Source: Phoronis australis
Lineage: Eukaryota; Animalia; Phoronida
Assembly (NCBI GenBank): GCA_002633005.1
Contig: NMRA01000205.1
Location: 1-64,000, forward strand
Direction of reading: 5' to 3'
DNA length: 64,000 bases
Each line of letters begins with the position of its first letter. Within the stretch, counting starts at the first letter, position 1. Shown piece after piece: positions 11,101 through 26,100 of this stretch. The position numbers were made by a program, and so were the translations under genes. Under the pieces are notes generated by a model, which made no database searches, was not told where the DNA came from, and saw nothing but the letters and a program-made list of their open reading frames with translations.

Positions 11101-14100
11101 CTTACAAGCTGTAAAACGACGTTGTTAATTTCATTGTGTTCATTCATTGTCATTCAAATCGGCAATTTCCGAGATGTGATCTGCGGCGTGTGCGTATGTG
11201 TACAAAACACGTGATTGTTATGTTCCTGATGTACGAAAATTAAGAAGGCTTTAACATGCCGTTATTATTGACAGGGACACGATAAAACGAATTTGGATTT
11301 TGACTATAGTCTTGATACAGCCATTTGACTGACCACTGCGTCAGTGTCTCCGTTAAACCCAGAAATTTCACACAGCCCGGGTAGTTCATTTCGTCCCCAA
11401 CATGTAGATCGAGCCTTGGACAATACCATGCTATGAACATTCCCACTAAATAAAATTGGTTCTAACCCCGGTGTTTAAGGTAAACGGCGGGGTATGGAAA
11501 ATTGAAGTAGACCGTATTTATCCACCTTGGCTGAGACGCGCTCGGCTCATGGTCAAAGGGGTGCCGCCAAGCTGCTCTATTCATCGAGTCACGAGCGAGG
11601 ATAATTGACTTCGCTCATGCGGATATGATCAGCTGATTACAGTCTAGTCTAACAACTGTACTTTTTATGGAGAGAATTTTACGTAGTTTTTACTGTAATA
11701 TTTGAAAAGAGGAGCGAAAACAAATATGAGTACAACTTTGAATTTTTCAAATCGGCCCAGGATAAGAGATTTTGCAACACAGCAACACTCACGATTACTT
11801 TCATTCGGCGCGCACTAATACAAAAATATAGGACCCAAGTTATTTAGATTTTGGAACACATGCATTGCAATATTCAAAATACTTTTATTATGAATCTTAC
11901 AAGCTGTAAAACGACGTTGTTAATTTCATTGTGTTCATTCATTGTCATCCGTCAAATCGGCAATTTCCGAGATGTGATCTGCGGCGTGCGCGTATGTGTA
12001 CAAAACACGTGATTGTTATGTTCCTGAAGTACGAAAATTAAGAAGGCTTTAACATGCCGTTATTATTGACAGGGACACGATAAAACGAATTTGGATTTTG
12101 ACTATAGTCTTGATACAGCGATCTGACTGACCACTGCGTCAGTGTCTCCGTTAGACCCAGAAATTTCACACAGCCCGGGTAGTTCATTTCGTCCCCAACA
12201 TGTAGATCGAGCCTTGGACTATTAATACTCCACGGCAGAGCTAACGACAGTCGGCCTGTGCACACAAAATCTGTGAGTTAACCAGCACTCACCTTGCACG
12301 TTACAGCCGTTTAAGTGAAAAACAATCTAGTAAACGCCATTTTCTTGCATAATTATCCGCCTTTTGTAACAAAAAAGTCTATCGTCGATGACCCGCACAC
12401 GCACGCTCACTCACTCTCATACGCAGACGACCTTCAAAACAAACGTCACGTGACAACAACATGTGCGTTCATCCAGAGATTTTTCTCTTGTTGTGGAGTA
12501 CGATGTAGCGCACATTTGGACTTAATCGGAATTAATCTGGACTCCACATGAACTTTAAAATTGTAAAACATCATGAAGATTTCAGGTAATTTGTTGAGTC
12601 GAAACTATATTTTTATTCAAGAGTACATCAAGTTTTCCTATTGACGATCGCGATTCAGCGACGCATCAGTCGGCAAGTTTTCGCCCTGTGATGAGCACAA
12701 TTTTTTGAAAAATTATCGTAATTTAACAACGGAAGTTGATAGCAATGCACCACAATTTTGTAGAAAGGCTGTCATAGGCTACAAATACGTCACCGAGCGT
12801 AAATTTGATGAATCCTAGCTTCCGATTTTATCAGTTTGGGAAACCGGGTTTCAAAGGCCGCAGGCTCACTACAATAAGCGTCCCCTCCCCGTGAAATGAA
12901 TTTTTCTAAGCGTTTGTTTGAGCCAATACAGTATACAGCATTCCACCAAGGCTAGGTGATGCAAGACATTATTCTTTGTTGCGTTATAGTAACTGGTCTT
13001 GGCTAATTATCATTTTATGGCCTGGTCATCCATTCAGCCCAAAGTAGTTCCAGAGGTGGCTTATCAGCCAATTATTCACGCATGCTGACTCACAATAGAA
13101 GCCTGATAAGAGTGAAGGTGGATAAATGCGGTGTTCCTACAATTTCTTGTTTTAGTGGATGTGTTCACGACATGGCCAAACGCCGCGTCGAAGGAAAATA
13201 TGTCCGTGTAAAATTTATAAATGTTTTCGAAAAGTTAGATCATATTTTGTCGCATCTCGGTTGCTAACATCATAGCCGGCAACGACCGGAAAATCTTCTG
13301 CCAGCCAGACTGTGTTTTCATGACTACAGTACGCATGGGTGGCGCAGCACTGAAAAAAGTGGGAGCTCAAGCCTCCTCAGCGCCCCTTGGTGCACCGCCT
13401 ATAGACCATGTGCGGCCTAGCNGCCCCCCCCCCCCCGAATAGTATGGTGCGCGCCCTCCATGCTACAGGTTGAAACATATGACGCATTTTTCTTTCCAAA
13501 AAGGACAGCGCCCTCAATCTCTCGATTTTGGAGCCGAATGTCGGCCCTATTTCCCTCTTAAAAATATAGAAAAGTCACGCGAAATTCATTACGGCGTTTT
13601 ACCGTTGCTCCCAACTTGTTTGACTCTAATTAACAACGAGATGGGAAGATGACCCTTGTCAAGCCAATATCTTACGCGACTGATTAACTCCATTCTAGCA
13701 TTTAAGGTTGGAGGGCCACCTCTCTATTGTTCGATAATTGCTCTAATCTCCAATAAAATGGTATCTATAGCCTAGATCAGTCCCCCACGAGGCCTAAAAA
13801 TTCCCCTCGACCATTGAAAAAGTCTCTCCGGAGAATCACCTGTAACCACACAGGTGACAATTTGAAAGAGCGCAAAATGCTACTTGAGACAGAGCCTATG
13901 AAAGCTTGCAACAGGGAGGGTGTGCTATTGATGGTGATCGCGAGGTACATTTCCCCTCACTCTCGGCGAAGAATGCCCTCTCAGAAGGCCCAAACACTTT
14001 TCCCTCGGATAAACGAAGCCCCTGAGGAAGCGTGATAATTATGCTTCTTATGTCCAGTTAACTGAAATTGAGCTCTAAAACGAGGTATATGCTTTGGACG

Positions 14101-17100
14101 AACGAATTAAGTGTTTTGATTTTAAAATTCAACTTGGTCCAGATTTGAATTCTAACACGAGAAATAGACGATAGAATTATTATTACCAAGAAAGCAGAAC
14201 TGGTGATCAAATAATTTTTATTTTCAATGGGGCTATTCGGAAAATCTACCATAACTAGAGGGCGTGCGTGTACTAGTGGTGATAGATTAGCAGCCTCGAT
14301 TTCGCGAGCCCTTTAAATACATGGTGAAATGGCTTGCAGCCGTGCCAACTAAATCTGAGATTGCGTAAAAAGGGTGTTTCTATGAGAGGAAGTAAGCACG
14401 ACCTCATACAAAGGTAAGGTTTGTGATTATTTTAACGATTATTCCATGATTATTCTACCAATGCCTGTTAACTGAGGCGCTCGCCGATGTCGACTTCGCG
14501 GCAGTCAGTCGCCAGCCAGAGTCTGGTTAATCTTTGTATGTTGTGATATGTGATACGATACTTGACGTAGCAATCGGGGTTTTTTCGTACATCAAAGCAT
14601 TATTATTGTTTGGAATGATTTCTAAAAGTTTATCAGTGACAGTTACATCAATCAATGCTGAGTATTTATGCTGTCAACTCGATACAGCTTAATGAGTTAA
14701 GATTACAATCCAATCCCAATGGCAAAGGGTACGTGAGTGATAAATATCCATTGCATTAGACTAGTATTTGTTTACTCCCTATCATATGTCTTCTGGAAAT
14801 CTATTACACGTTGAAATGGAAATCTATCACGTCAGTTTTCGCGTAACCTTTGGTTTTTAGGTTTGAAGGCTTGTACCGTGCAGAGGAGATATGCATCGCT
14901 TCTGCATCGTCCCTGAACGGACAAAAATTGGTTTTTAGCATTTGACTGCAGATAACCAACAAGATCTTCCCATCCAGTGCAGATCTGTTGTCAAAGCCTA
15001 CTTTCAATATTGGAGACAACGAACAAAGCCTTTGAAAAGGAACAGCTATTTTTAAAGTCATTTTGTTAAATTACTTATTCAGGTCCTCTGAGGGGGGATT
15101 GGCATGGGGGGTTGTAATATTTGGTACAACTGAATGTGTGGAAATAACAGGTAATACATGTTTGGGGAAAAGAGCATGGTGAGGTAATTCTTAACCTTCA
15201 CGAAGTCCCTTCAAGTTGATTTCATGAAACTGTTTTGCTACTTGTATCAATTGTAAAACCACGAAAATATATTACATTTTCCGAATTCAAAATGACTGAA
15301 TAGTCTTAACTCATGCCTTGAAATGTTGCAAGTGGTTATAAATTCAAGTGACTGCCATTTTTGTGAAAATTGCATTTTTGATGGTGCCTTACGATTTGTA
15401 AATACTCTTAAACAACAGAAAGATTATCCATCATTTTTAAATGAATGACCCAAGTCTTCATATCTTCTATTAGAAGAAAAACGGTTCCCTCAACCTTAGG
15501 CTAGAAGTATGCTTGACAGACCCATGAACGTGTAATCTGAGTTTAAAATTGCTGAAAGTATCAAAATTAAAAAGGCTTGAAAATGGGTAACAAAGGTTTG
15601 AAGTTGTCTCAAAAAACTTGTATATTTTACAGACAAGTGATGCGTTTAAAGAATTGTTATGGCTAGGGATAAAAAATAAAGACACAGTTTTATGCAATAC
15701 TCATTATATACACCCTTGGTTTCTGAAAATAGTAATTATTTACTTTTATGTGAAACTGTAGACCAATCGCCATACATTTTTGAAAAACAGGGATAACATC
15801 ATTTTTGATCCAATCTGGAGTACTTAATTATTCATATTTCAATATTTGTTCCAGGTTCAGTGACGTTTTAAGGCCACTTCAAGCTGTATCATAGACAAGC
15901 TTTGTTACTCCGTACTCTTCCCACAGCACTGCCACACACCAGCAGTGCTGCATGGCACAATGTGCAAGTCAGTGGCCCTGGAGAAATGTGAATCGCAGTA
16001 CTAAGTTACCATAAGACAATGTGCCAGTGGACTGTCTGTGTATCCAGACGAACTATATCTGACTGCTACGCAAATAAGCCTTGTTGGTGAGGATGCCCTT
16101 TCATAGGCAATGAGTCATGTGTGGACAATAGCTTATTTCCTTTCTGGAAGAAACATGAGGGACTGAAGCTAAAGAAGACCTAGTCACACTCTGGTCTAGT
16201 TCAGAGTCTGTTTTGGGCTCAAAACGATTCAAGTCATATGCTGCTGTGTTTACCTTCAAGGGTCTAATTGTGGATGTTATTGAGGTTGAACGAGGTTACA
16301 TGAAAGAAAGCCACGTGTTGAAACTGGACCTTTTTTACAAGCGCTTGATGCGCTTCTATAGGCCATTGAAACTAGAACCCAGTGAAATGAAAGCCAAAAG
16401 CTGAGTGACATTAAATTTTCCTTTCAGAAGAAAGGCTTTATACTATTGGTAAAAACTTTTCGATTTGGTACAGATTATGGGGAAATGACATTCAGTGACT
16501 GCATCGATTGTCTTATTGTATGTTTTCAATTGTAGCTAGCTGGATAAGAATCTGCTATGCACAAGATTCGAGAATAAACAATTATCAATGTATTTAAAAC
16601 AAATGGCAAACTGAAAAAGCACAGAAAGAAACAACATTGCGAGGGAGTCCATAATCAGGCATATCAGGTGATGAATTTCTGAATTACATTCAATTCTCTC
16701 AGGTTATTGCTGAAGGATTGCTTTTCACTTTGTCCAACGGTGAAATAGATGGTCAGGCGGTTGGTTTCAGTTGTTTTTTCTCGCCTGTAACAGAATAGAA
16801 ATATTAGGAAATTGTAAAAGAAAAGACAAGACAAAACTACTTTTGTAAGGCAGAACATACTTGACATTTCATCTTCATGTTTATGTGTAGAAACTAATAA
16901 CCTTTGTACCCAAGTCTTATTTAATATCTGAATTAAAATATGTGAAACTGGCTAAAAGTGATTTAACAATATGTATTTTTCATGACACTTAAAATGTGCT
17001 TCTGATCTCAACAAGCAATTTTTTCCAATGCAATGTTAGGACATTTACTGAATTGAGGCTTATTCATGTTAATTTGATAACTGAGCTGGTGGTCCTGGGG

Positions 17101-20100
17101 GTGGGGTCCATGATAAAATAAGGAAACTCACTCATCTAGAGAATTTTATTGGAAACAGCATAGCTTTGAAGGGAAACTGCTGTGAAAAAGTCACTATTGA
17201 CTTCTGTGCATCACGTACCACACACCTCTTATTTTGGGAGCACTCCCACCCAGGACAATATGAATATGTGCTGCTAGCCTACCCGGCATCGGGTGAGTTT
17301 CCAAAAAGAAACACTTAGTTCCACTCAACAAACCTGTTATTCAGTGGGGTAACTGGTGGGTACAACATCACCGAACAATGTTGATAGAAACTGATTGCTA
17401 AAACTTACCAAGTAATGTTGTGTAGTCTCCGAATGCCGGGAACTGCATAGTCATAGAACACACACGGGGCTTCAGCATCCACACACTTTTTGTCAGTTAA
17501 TTGACCCTGTTGACCGCAATTGTCCACAAATATAGTAACCTTAGGTCTTTTGGGAATTTGTGGCCACCTGTCGAAGACTTGCACCACGGAAATTAGCAGT
17601 AATAAGGCTTAGCGCGACGACGTATTTTGATAAAAATTCCATCTTTTACCAGTTGTTTACATGCAGATAGCCACGCATGCGCAATTCAATCACCACTAGT
17701 ACAGCAGCGACACCCCGAGGAGAATTCTCCGAATAGCCCCATTACAAGCCTGGTTTTTTATTTTAATAAAACATATATTTAATAACGTCAATTATTCTTT
17801 CACATCAATGACAAATCAACTATTAGTCCCGGTAGTCCCTACTGACCTCACCACGACATAGGCTATGCTGCACATGACATCAAAGTACGAGCAGATGACC
17901 TGGTTCGTGTAGAAAACATTTTTATCAACAATTTACAAGAAGAAGCGTAAAACTGCATTCAGCATAATACCTAATCCGTAACGCGATGGCCGCAATTTGG
18001 TCATATTTACTTTCCATGTTTCGAACCTTGTTTTCCGAAAAAAAAACTTATACCCTTTCGTCAGACAACTCTTTGGTTCATTGATTTGTCCTCTAATATA
18101 TTTTTCTACGTCTCTGTGGCTAATTATCGACACCTTTTTAAGATTTAATATTCAGGTTGGACTCGAAAGTCCGACCATTTAACTCACGCAAGGTCAACTT
18201 AAAGTGGCATGGACCGCGAAAACTCGTGAAAAATACGTTTTAAACGATTCTTAACCAAAGTACCTTCCTTCAACCTTTACTAAAAAGTTATTCACTTCCC
18301 CCTGAGAAAGAATTTCCAGAAAAAATGACCCAATTCATGGTTTTTGAAAGAAGTACGAAGAAAAGTTTGTATGGTAACCACCTATACCTGCCTATCTTCC
18401 TTTCACTTATTATAAATGCGCGCATGCGCTCAGTCATTCGACAAACAAACAGCTGATTCAGTGTCAAGAGTGTGGTGGAGTGAATACTTTGCCACCCAAT
18501 GTGCTTTATACCTCGTGCCGTGCATTTTGTGCCTACCTATACGATTCTTCATGATTGGACCATTACTTGAGATTTGATCATGCTTATCTGCAGTGGACTA
18601 TTATTCATTTACACTACGTGTCAGAGAACGGTGCTGCACTAATAATCGCTGACGCAGTTTTGCAAGACAATACGAGACAAGATGTCGGACAGTGGAAAGC
18701 TGGGCAAGAAAATGGGGCGTTCGTCTAAGCTAACCGACTCAGTTAGAAAGAAAAGAAGGCAAGACTTGCAGCTGAAAGTTAATAAAAGACGCATTTATCT
18801 GGGTACAGAGCACTGCCGCTGGGAATCTCTTAGAAGTGAGCTATCCGTCACTAATTCCGAGCTGGCCAAACGATAGCTTGATAATGCGTAAGTACTTGTT
18901 TGGTCCGCATACTTCGGTAGTTATCGGGACATTGCGCGGCCCCAGCTTATTAAAATCACCTCGATCCAATATAGTAATGGTCCGAGAACTCACTGAGAAA
19001 GTGAAGAGTGTGAAAGTTAAACTCAGACATAAAATTCACCGAGTTGCATTGTCTGTTGACATTTAAGCTAAGCGGCTAAGCCTATACTTGTGGCTAAGCC
19101 TATGACCTACTTATAACATATATTGACGAATTGTTTAGTTTTTTTGCAGTTGGTAATTATTGAAACACTAAGAGAAATTGCAAAGCATTATTACTTTGAG
19201 ATAGTACCACCGTCTCAACTGACTGCAGTAGAGATGGCAGTTGTCCAATAGGCCCTCCACCAGTTGGAAGTTTTTTTTTTGCGAATTGTGCCACATTGAT
19301 TAAACCATCAAAGTCATGTTGCTGCAACGAACTTTTGCAATAGGGGGATACCTTAGGGGAATGGTAATGTCTTAAACACATTGAGATCAACCTCCATGAC
19401 GGAGTAAATCAATCATTAAAACACTACACTGGTGATCACCAGAGTGTGCTAGTGCTTGAAACTTAGCCGTAAGGGTTGTACCACTCATACCTGTGCAAAA
19501 TGCTATTGTAGATAAATAAAGAAACGAATCAGAAAGAAATCTTGATTACCAAAGTATTTGTTCAAGTTGGAAGGAATTAAAGATATCGACAGCCTCCTAA
19601 GGTGACCATGTCTATGTTATAAAGGTACTTAAGGCAGCATGACTTTGATGGTTTAGTTTGTGCGAGGTACGAATTGCCAAAAGGCTTCTTGCTGCCCCTG
19701 GAACCCCCTGTGCCACCAGTTATGTCCCAGTTCAGAGAGCAATTCTGTTTTAGTGGCAAGCTGTGCATTTTGCCAGATTGAGTACTTGCAAAGTAGGTAC
19801 AAAGTCATGTCTCATGGATTTGTAGCCTTGTTATCTTGTTGTACCTTATTTGCAGACCTATGTATATTGACATTAAGTGGTATTATAATCAGAGATCAAG
19901 AGGCCTACCTTCTTCAAAGATATTATGCGAGATCTGGAAGAAAATCCACTGCTAAAACCCCATTAATCAAAATTTCGCTGCCCTTCATAGGTTAACAAAG
20001 TAAAAGCACAAACGTTCGTTGATCAATTTTCAAAATTCAAAAATACATTAACTGGGGATAAATTTTGGTAACAAATTCCAATTCGCAACAAGAAATTTAG

Positions 20101-23100
20101 TAATGAATTGCACTCGCATACTTTGTGATGGTTATTCATGTAGTTTGGTTGTTATTATGGCGGAGAATTGTACCACCTGTATGCTTTAATTGAAGTCTGT
20201 ACCTGTAGTTTATAATTAGGTTATTGTAATTTCATTTTTGCACTGTAGGTATGAAGTGGCACAAAGTTAAAGATTTTCAACAATGTCTAGACAAGTGTCC
20301 ATAGAGTCAGAACTTAAAGCCTTATCAGCAACACCTGCAACTCCCCAGTTTGTTCAAAGGTATTCTAGAAATTATTTTTTCATTGAAAGCATATTGTCTA
20401 CATCTTCACCTACTAGTATTCGTGTCTACGACAATACATGACATGGAAATTGCATTTGTTGAAAACTCCAAGTAAGCTTTTTGTGAGGGTTACTAATTTA
20501 AATCGAATCATTCCAGTTTGCCATTGTTAAAAATATTACTGAGCTTGCACTCATTAAGCCTTGGGATGTCAAGATTGAAAATGTAAAAGCCGTAGGCTTA
20601 TTTGACCATGTCTCTCACAATTATGAGCTTCTAAACTGCACCAATTGAAATATCCTTGTTTAACGAGAACAAGGCAATCAAACATGCAAACTTCGATTCA
20701 TATGTACGAACCATTATTCATAATAAAACTTGAATCGTAGATACAAACCATATCAAATGCATGAACAAAAATTCATGCATGTAAACCAACTTGAAAGATA
20801 AAACAAAAAACAGGGGTATGAAGTAATATCACATAATTACGTAAACATTTTCTAGTGATGGTGGTCATCATTCGTTTTCCCAAGGAGTCTAGCACTAAGC
20901 AAAATGGCAACATAAAATGTAGCTGTAGAAGAACTATGTTCTTACATGTTATTTGTATATCTGATTAGTTATTTTGTGTGCATGACTGTCCGTTTGAACA
21001 CATCATGTTGTGGTTCGTATGTATAAATGAAGCGTTCTCCCATATGATGCAGTGTTTTGTGCGTATGACCCAAAGTCTGTACGTATGACTGCCTGGCACC
21101 CTCGATTAGTTGCTGACAAATGTTGAACTCGTGGTAACTTTCTTTATCACCTAAATGTGATTGTGGCAATGGTATATTTTCAGTGGACTTGAGCTTTCTG
21201 GAATCGATGCAATTGATTCTGTCTGTGACGATGAAGCCTTGATGTTTGTATCCAGGCCATTCATTACAAAGATGATGTGGAAGTACTGGAGTCTGTTCCA
21301 AGAAATTGACAAGATCATTTTTGACTTAAGTCTAAGATTTGTCTTTAACTTCCAAACTTTGAAACTTCCAATGTTGGTAATTTAAGACAAAACTTATGTC
21401 AAACACTTTATTGAATTGGTTTTGAGACAAATTTAACTTTATTTTAAAATTTACTAAAAGTTGAAAATTGTTTTAGCTAAGTCAGTTCTGTTGGAACAGG
21501 CCCCTGATCTTTAAAATTTGAGAGAACTAGTTAGTGCTCGTGAATTATCTTCACAACAAACTATTTAGTGTTCTAACTGATGATTGAATTGTGAAATATT
21601 TTGTGCGTATATCTTGCATGGTATATTCCAATAAATGGATTTTTCTACATGTCTGGTATGGTCAGGAATGGGTGCACAGGTTTCTCTTCTAAGCATGACT
21701 GAATTTTGCATACTCTGTTTACATGCACTGTATATATTTGTGATTTGCAAAGATGTAACTAAAAGTAAATACATCAAAAAGGAGATGGGCAGCAGTTTTG
21801 GTGACCCTTTTGACTAAATATCACCTATTAGGTATGGTTTTATAGGTCATCCTACAACTAATCTTGTCATATTTGTGTTTTTAACGTGACACATTGGTAT
21901 TCCCAACTTATTTGAACATAGTGTGGGCAGAGTTGAATTCACTGATTGCATTTGCACATACATGTCTTTGCACCGAATTAGACATTTTTTCTTCTTTGAA
22001 GTTGATTGCTGTATAATTTAAAAGTTCATATTCAAAGGCAACGTTGGGATTTTGAGTTTTTATCAGTAGCATAGACAATCCATGAAATTTGTGACATCAA
22101 TTCATAATAAGTGTGTGTTCTGGATAGAATTTCCTAAATCTGTTTTCTGAGTTCTAAATAGAGAGACCATGCGGTACATGGATTGTTTTTTTTTCATAAA
22201 TTAATCGTGGTTAGGCGATATGTGGTGAAATCCAATAAATACAGACTGACCAATGCTTTAAAAGAGAAACACTCATACATTTTTGAATTTCTATATTACA
22301 GGCTATTGATTGATGTTTCTGAGGACCTAGCATGCGATGACCTGGACGATAACTGTAAGTGCTACATAACCCTTGTGTACACATTTAAATTATGAGTTAT
22401 CCAATTCTTAATAAAAATACATCATTATTGTTCAGTGCTGACAATGTATTTATTGAAATATATCTTCTACTGACGATTGGTCATAATAGCTCAGTGGATG
22501 GACAGCAATGAATCTCAGGTTGGAAGCCCTGACAGGACAGAAATCCTTTCACAGTACTAACCATTAGGTCCTGCAAAATGACTAAAGAAGGCATCGTATA
22601 GCGTCATCAAACGCTATATGTATAAAACATTTGAATTCTGAACGAACTGTATTTAACTGTTCTCCAGTGCACATAATGCGATCCCTGTTTCTTAGTAGTT
22701 TTCAAGTGCGTTACGGGAGCTAGGTGTTGTGTCGTTTTTGAAATTCTAAAGGGCAAGATCATCACGCTTTCTCTTGTTGCAGTCCAGAAAGTATCCTTGA
22801 TGATGTGGATATTAGCGATGTTCGATTTGGAGATGAAGAGTTTGGTGGGGAGGAAGTTGCAGGAGATAGCATCAATATGTACTGCTATGGAGACTATGAT
22901 GACACGTTGTCTACAGGTTTCCGTGGTGTTCACAGAATTCATGATGCAGCTGGTGCACACTCAGCTGTGGACGATAGCAAATTTATTGTTTTTATGACAC
23001 CCTCCTTTCCCTTTCAAATCTCATCATCGTGTCTTGCTAAGAATGAGTGATGTTCGGATTTCTTCTGTTAAAGGTTCAACACTCTCTTTCTACCTCCTTC

Positions 23101-26100
23101 TCCGAAAGGTGTCGCACTTGCTCATTTGGTCATTGCATTTACTCTTCTCTGAAAATTAGGAGATTTTTCACTAATTATGGAAAGGAGATATTTATCCCAT
23201 CTTGTATTCTTATAATTCACTTAGCTACAAGCTCAGCTCACTGCTAGAAAAAACTGGAACTTTATTCAAAAGTTGATGTCACATCTTATTTTGCATCATT
23301 AGACAAATGATAACCACATGAAAATCTGTGTAAAATGTAATGGCTCCTTATTTCTTCAAGATGTAAAATGACATAGAAGGTTAAATATTGGATATTCTAT
23401 ATATTTACAAGTCATAAATTATTCTCTGAACTAGAATTTTTGAGTTGTTTTTTCATGTGTTTGTTATTCATGATAAAGTACCTGTACGTCATCTTGATAA
23501 GATGCATAACCTTGCAGACCACGATGAGCTGGGGTCACTGAAGCTGGACCTAGGGTAGCTGTAGCAACTGACTTCCATTTCCTTCCTCTACCTCCTCTTA
23601 CACTTTCACCTCTCCTTGTTTTCATGGCTCTCCCACATATCCTATGGAAATAAACAGGCCTTTTAAATTTCACATAGTATCAAAGTTCATGAAAGCCATG
23701 CCTAACATTGGGAGTAATTTCCAAACCAAAGCAAATGCTTCAAACAGGACTGGTAATGTGTGAAAAAATTCTGTTTCTGAGAGCATTCCATTAGTGAGTT
23801 CTCAGCCCCAGTCTGTTAGTCTAAGCTCTTTTCACGTTTTACCCCATGGATAGGTGGGCGCAGGTTGTCATCGATCTGTTCTAATATTTTGATGCAATGG
23901 TAGACTGAACACTGGTTCGAGTTCATCACTTTATTAATCTTGACTGTATGCTCATATTAAGTCCATTCAAACAAAACATACAACGTAATGTCTGTTCTAT
24001 GCTCAGCCAGTGCGACAAAGCCTTGACTTTCAGTACCTCCTACAATTGCTGGTGCAATAACATGCTACTTTTGACTGTTCTTTGTTCTCTAGCCACAGGT
24101 GAAGTGTTAGACAAGTTCTGTGCAATTGAAACTGTGCAGCGGCTGATGTTGTAGCCAATGAATAATGTTATGAACTATGAAAGTACCTAGATGTTCTATT
24201 ATTTTCTCCTCTGGAATGATAATTATATGCTCCATGGACAGTAGAAATAAAATTATTTTCAATTAATGTTGCTGCAATTTCTGATGTTTTAGTGGGACAA
24301 ATTTGCTGGAAGTGCAATTTATCATTCCGTTTGTCCAAAGGTGTGTAGATTGATTCTGTCTTTTTATTTCTAAACACAGTTATGTTGCTCAAGTGGAATG
24401 ACCTCTTATTTCATGCATTAATTAACTTTGTATCCTTCCATGAGTCCACACATTATTGATGTTTCATTGTAGTAAACAAGAAAGTTCAATGAAGGTTTTC
24501 AGTGAAATTCAGATTACATTTTCTTCCACCACTAACAGCTGAGAATTTAGCTAACTGCACTTGCACTACTCGGCCACTTACTAAACGGTGAATACGCCAG
24601 TGGCAGATCTAGGATACCACAAGGGGGGCCCAACATGACACCTCGGAGAAATGGGCATGGCACGATTGTATGCACAGGTGGCTCGAATGTTGTGGGGGTT
24701 GGCGATACGGACCTGGTGTTCCGGAATTCTACCGTTGGGCTCGATATTTTCTCACGCTTCATGCTGTTGCTGTGTAATTTTTGCTTACACCAGTCATGGG
24801 GGGCCCTTGGCCTGTACGCAATCATCACGTAGTAACAATTAACAATCACCCGAAATACATTTTAGTTATAAGTCCTACGTACAGTCACGATGCACTGAAA
24901 TGTTTTTAACAAAATGTTATTGTCATTCTCTAAACGATAAGACATGAATAGAACGTTTTCCGTTTGGAATGCACATAAATGAAATCCTGGGCAAAAAGTA
25001 TATTAGATCATACTTGGGAGAGCATAGAAACCAAATAAATCGATAACTTACTTCAGAAATGGGACTTCTTTGAGTCAATCGAGGTGTCGATGTGCTTTCG
25101 AAACCAGCCATCACTGTTTTGCTTTCGGCAACCTTTCACCTCTCTGAGGTCATCACGCCATTTCCAAATAAGGCACCGCAATGCATTTTGGGACTGTAAT
25201 GTCGGACTTGACGAGCACGAAGGCGTGTCTTTTTGGTCAACTTTCAAACGTAAAGAAAAATACTCCAAACTCTAAAACTCACTATATTTACGAAACCTAC
25301 AAAAAACTTGTACGCCACGATATGACACAGGTTTCATGCAAGATGAGTAACATTTACTTTCTTATTTTATACTGTTTTTCACGTTCCAAGCCACTTTAAT
25401 CTTTGTTTATCGCAGTAAGCCTCGCTTTGCATTTTAATGTCCGCCGCGTGAATTAGGTCTATGCGTGTATGTGAGAGTAAGCGAGCGCGTGCTTGTCACC
25501 AGAATTCATTTGCCAGAGTAAATGCGGTATAATGATCTAGGTGGGCAATGTATCAAGCAGAGCGTGTTTTAATATTTATCTTAGCACTTGCTGGCCTCAT
25601 CTGCTGATAATTGTTTCGGTAAGACCGATATGTCACTCATTGAGTCGCAGGGTGAGTGGATGCGTGACCGTAGTGTAACAGGTATTTTCCGGAAGATTCG
25701 GGGTGTAAGGGTGCGAATGTGTTCACTATCAGTGGGTCATTTTGACTTTAAAAACACCGATTATGATTAGTTTTTTAAGTTTGTCTTAAAAATAATGCAA
25801 ACGTGTTTTACGGTATTAGAAACTTTCGGAAATTAGTACCAATATTTATTTCTTGCCCATGCTATGTTACCCGTTTCATGAATAGATAGTTCCCGACTAA
25901 ATGTCTTCGATGGCAGCCGGTACGTTATGCAGCGCGCGCTTCGTGGCCGCGTGCTAACACTGGTCGAGTTTTTTTATTAGTCTTCGATTCACGGTTTTCA
26001 CGTGTACAAAGAAGTTTGAATTCCTGTTGAGACCGGAGAAGATCTGTACCGGAAAGAAACCATGCGCGCATCCAGCCTCTAGTTTGGGGGGCTCAAATTT

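Noticed and set aside
9926-12237. Shared ATACTCCACGGC at ~9927 and ~12225
   Set aside because: The match is only 12-13 bp, with no further similarity and no associated terminus.
13640-14035. Possible decayed retroelement fragment (EFLGLV on the - strand)
   Set aside because: It is a single weak motif among many stops.
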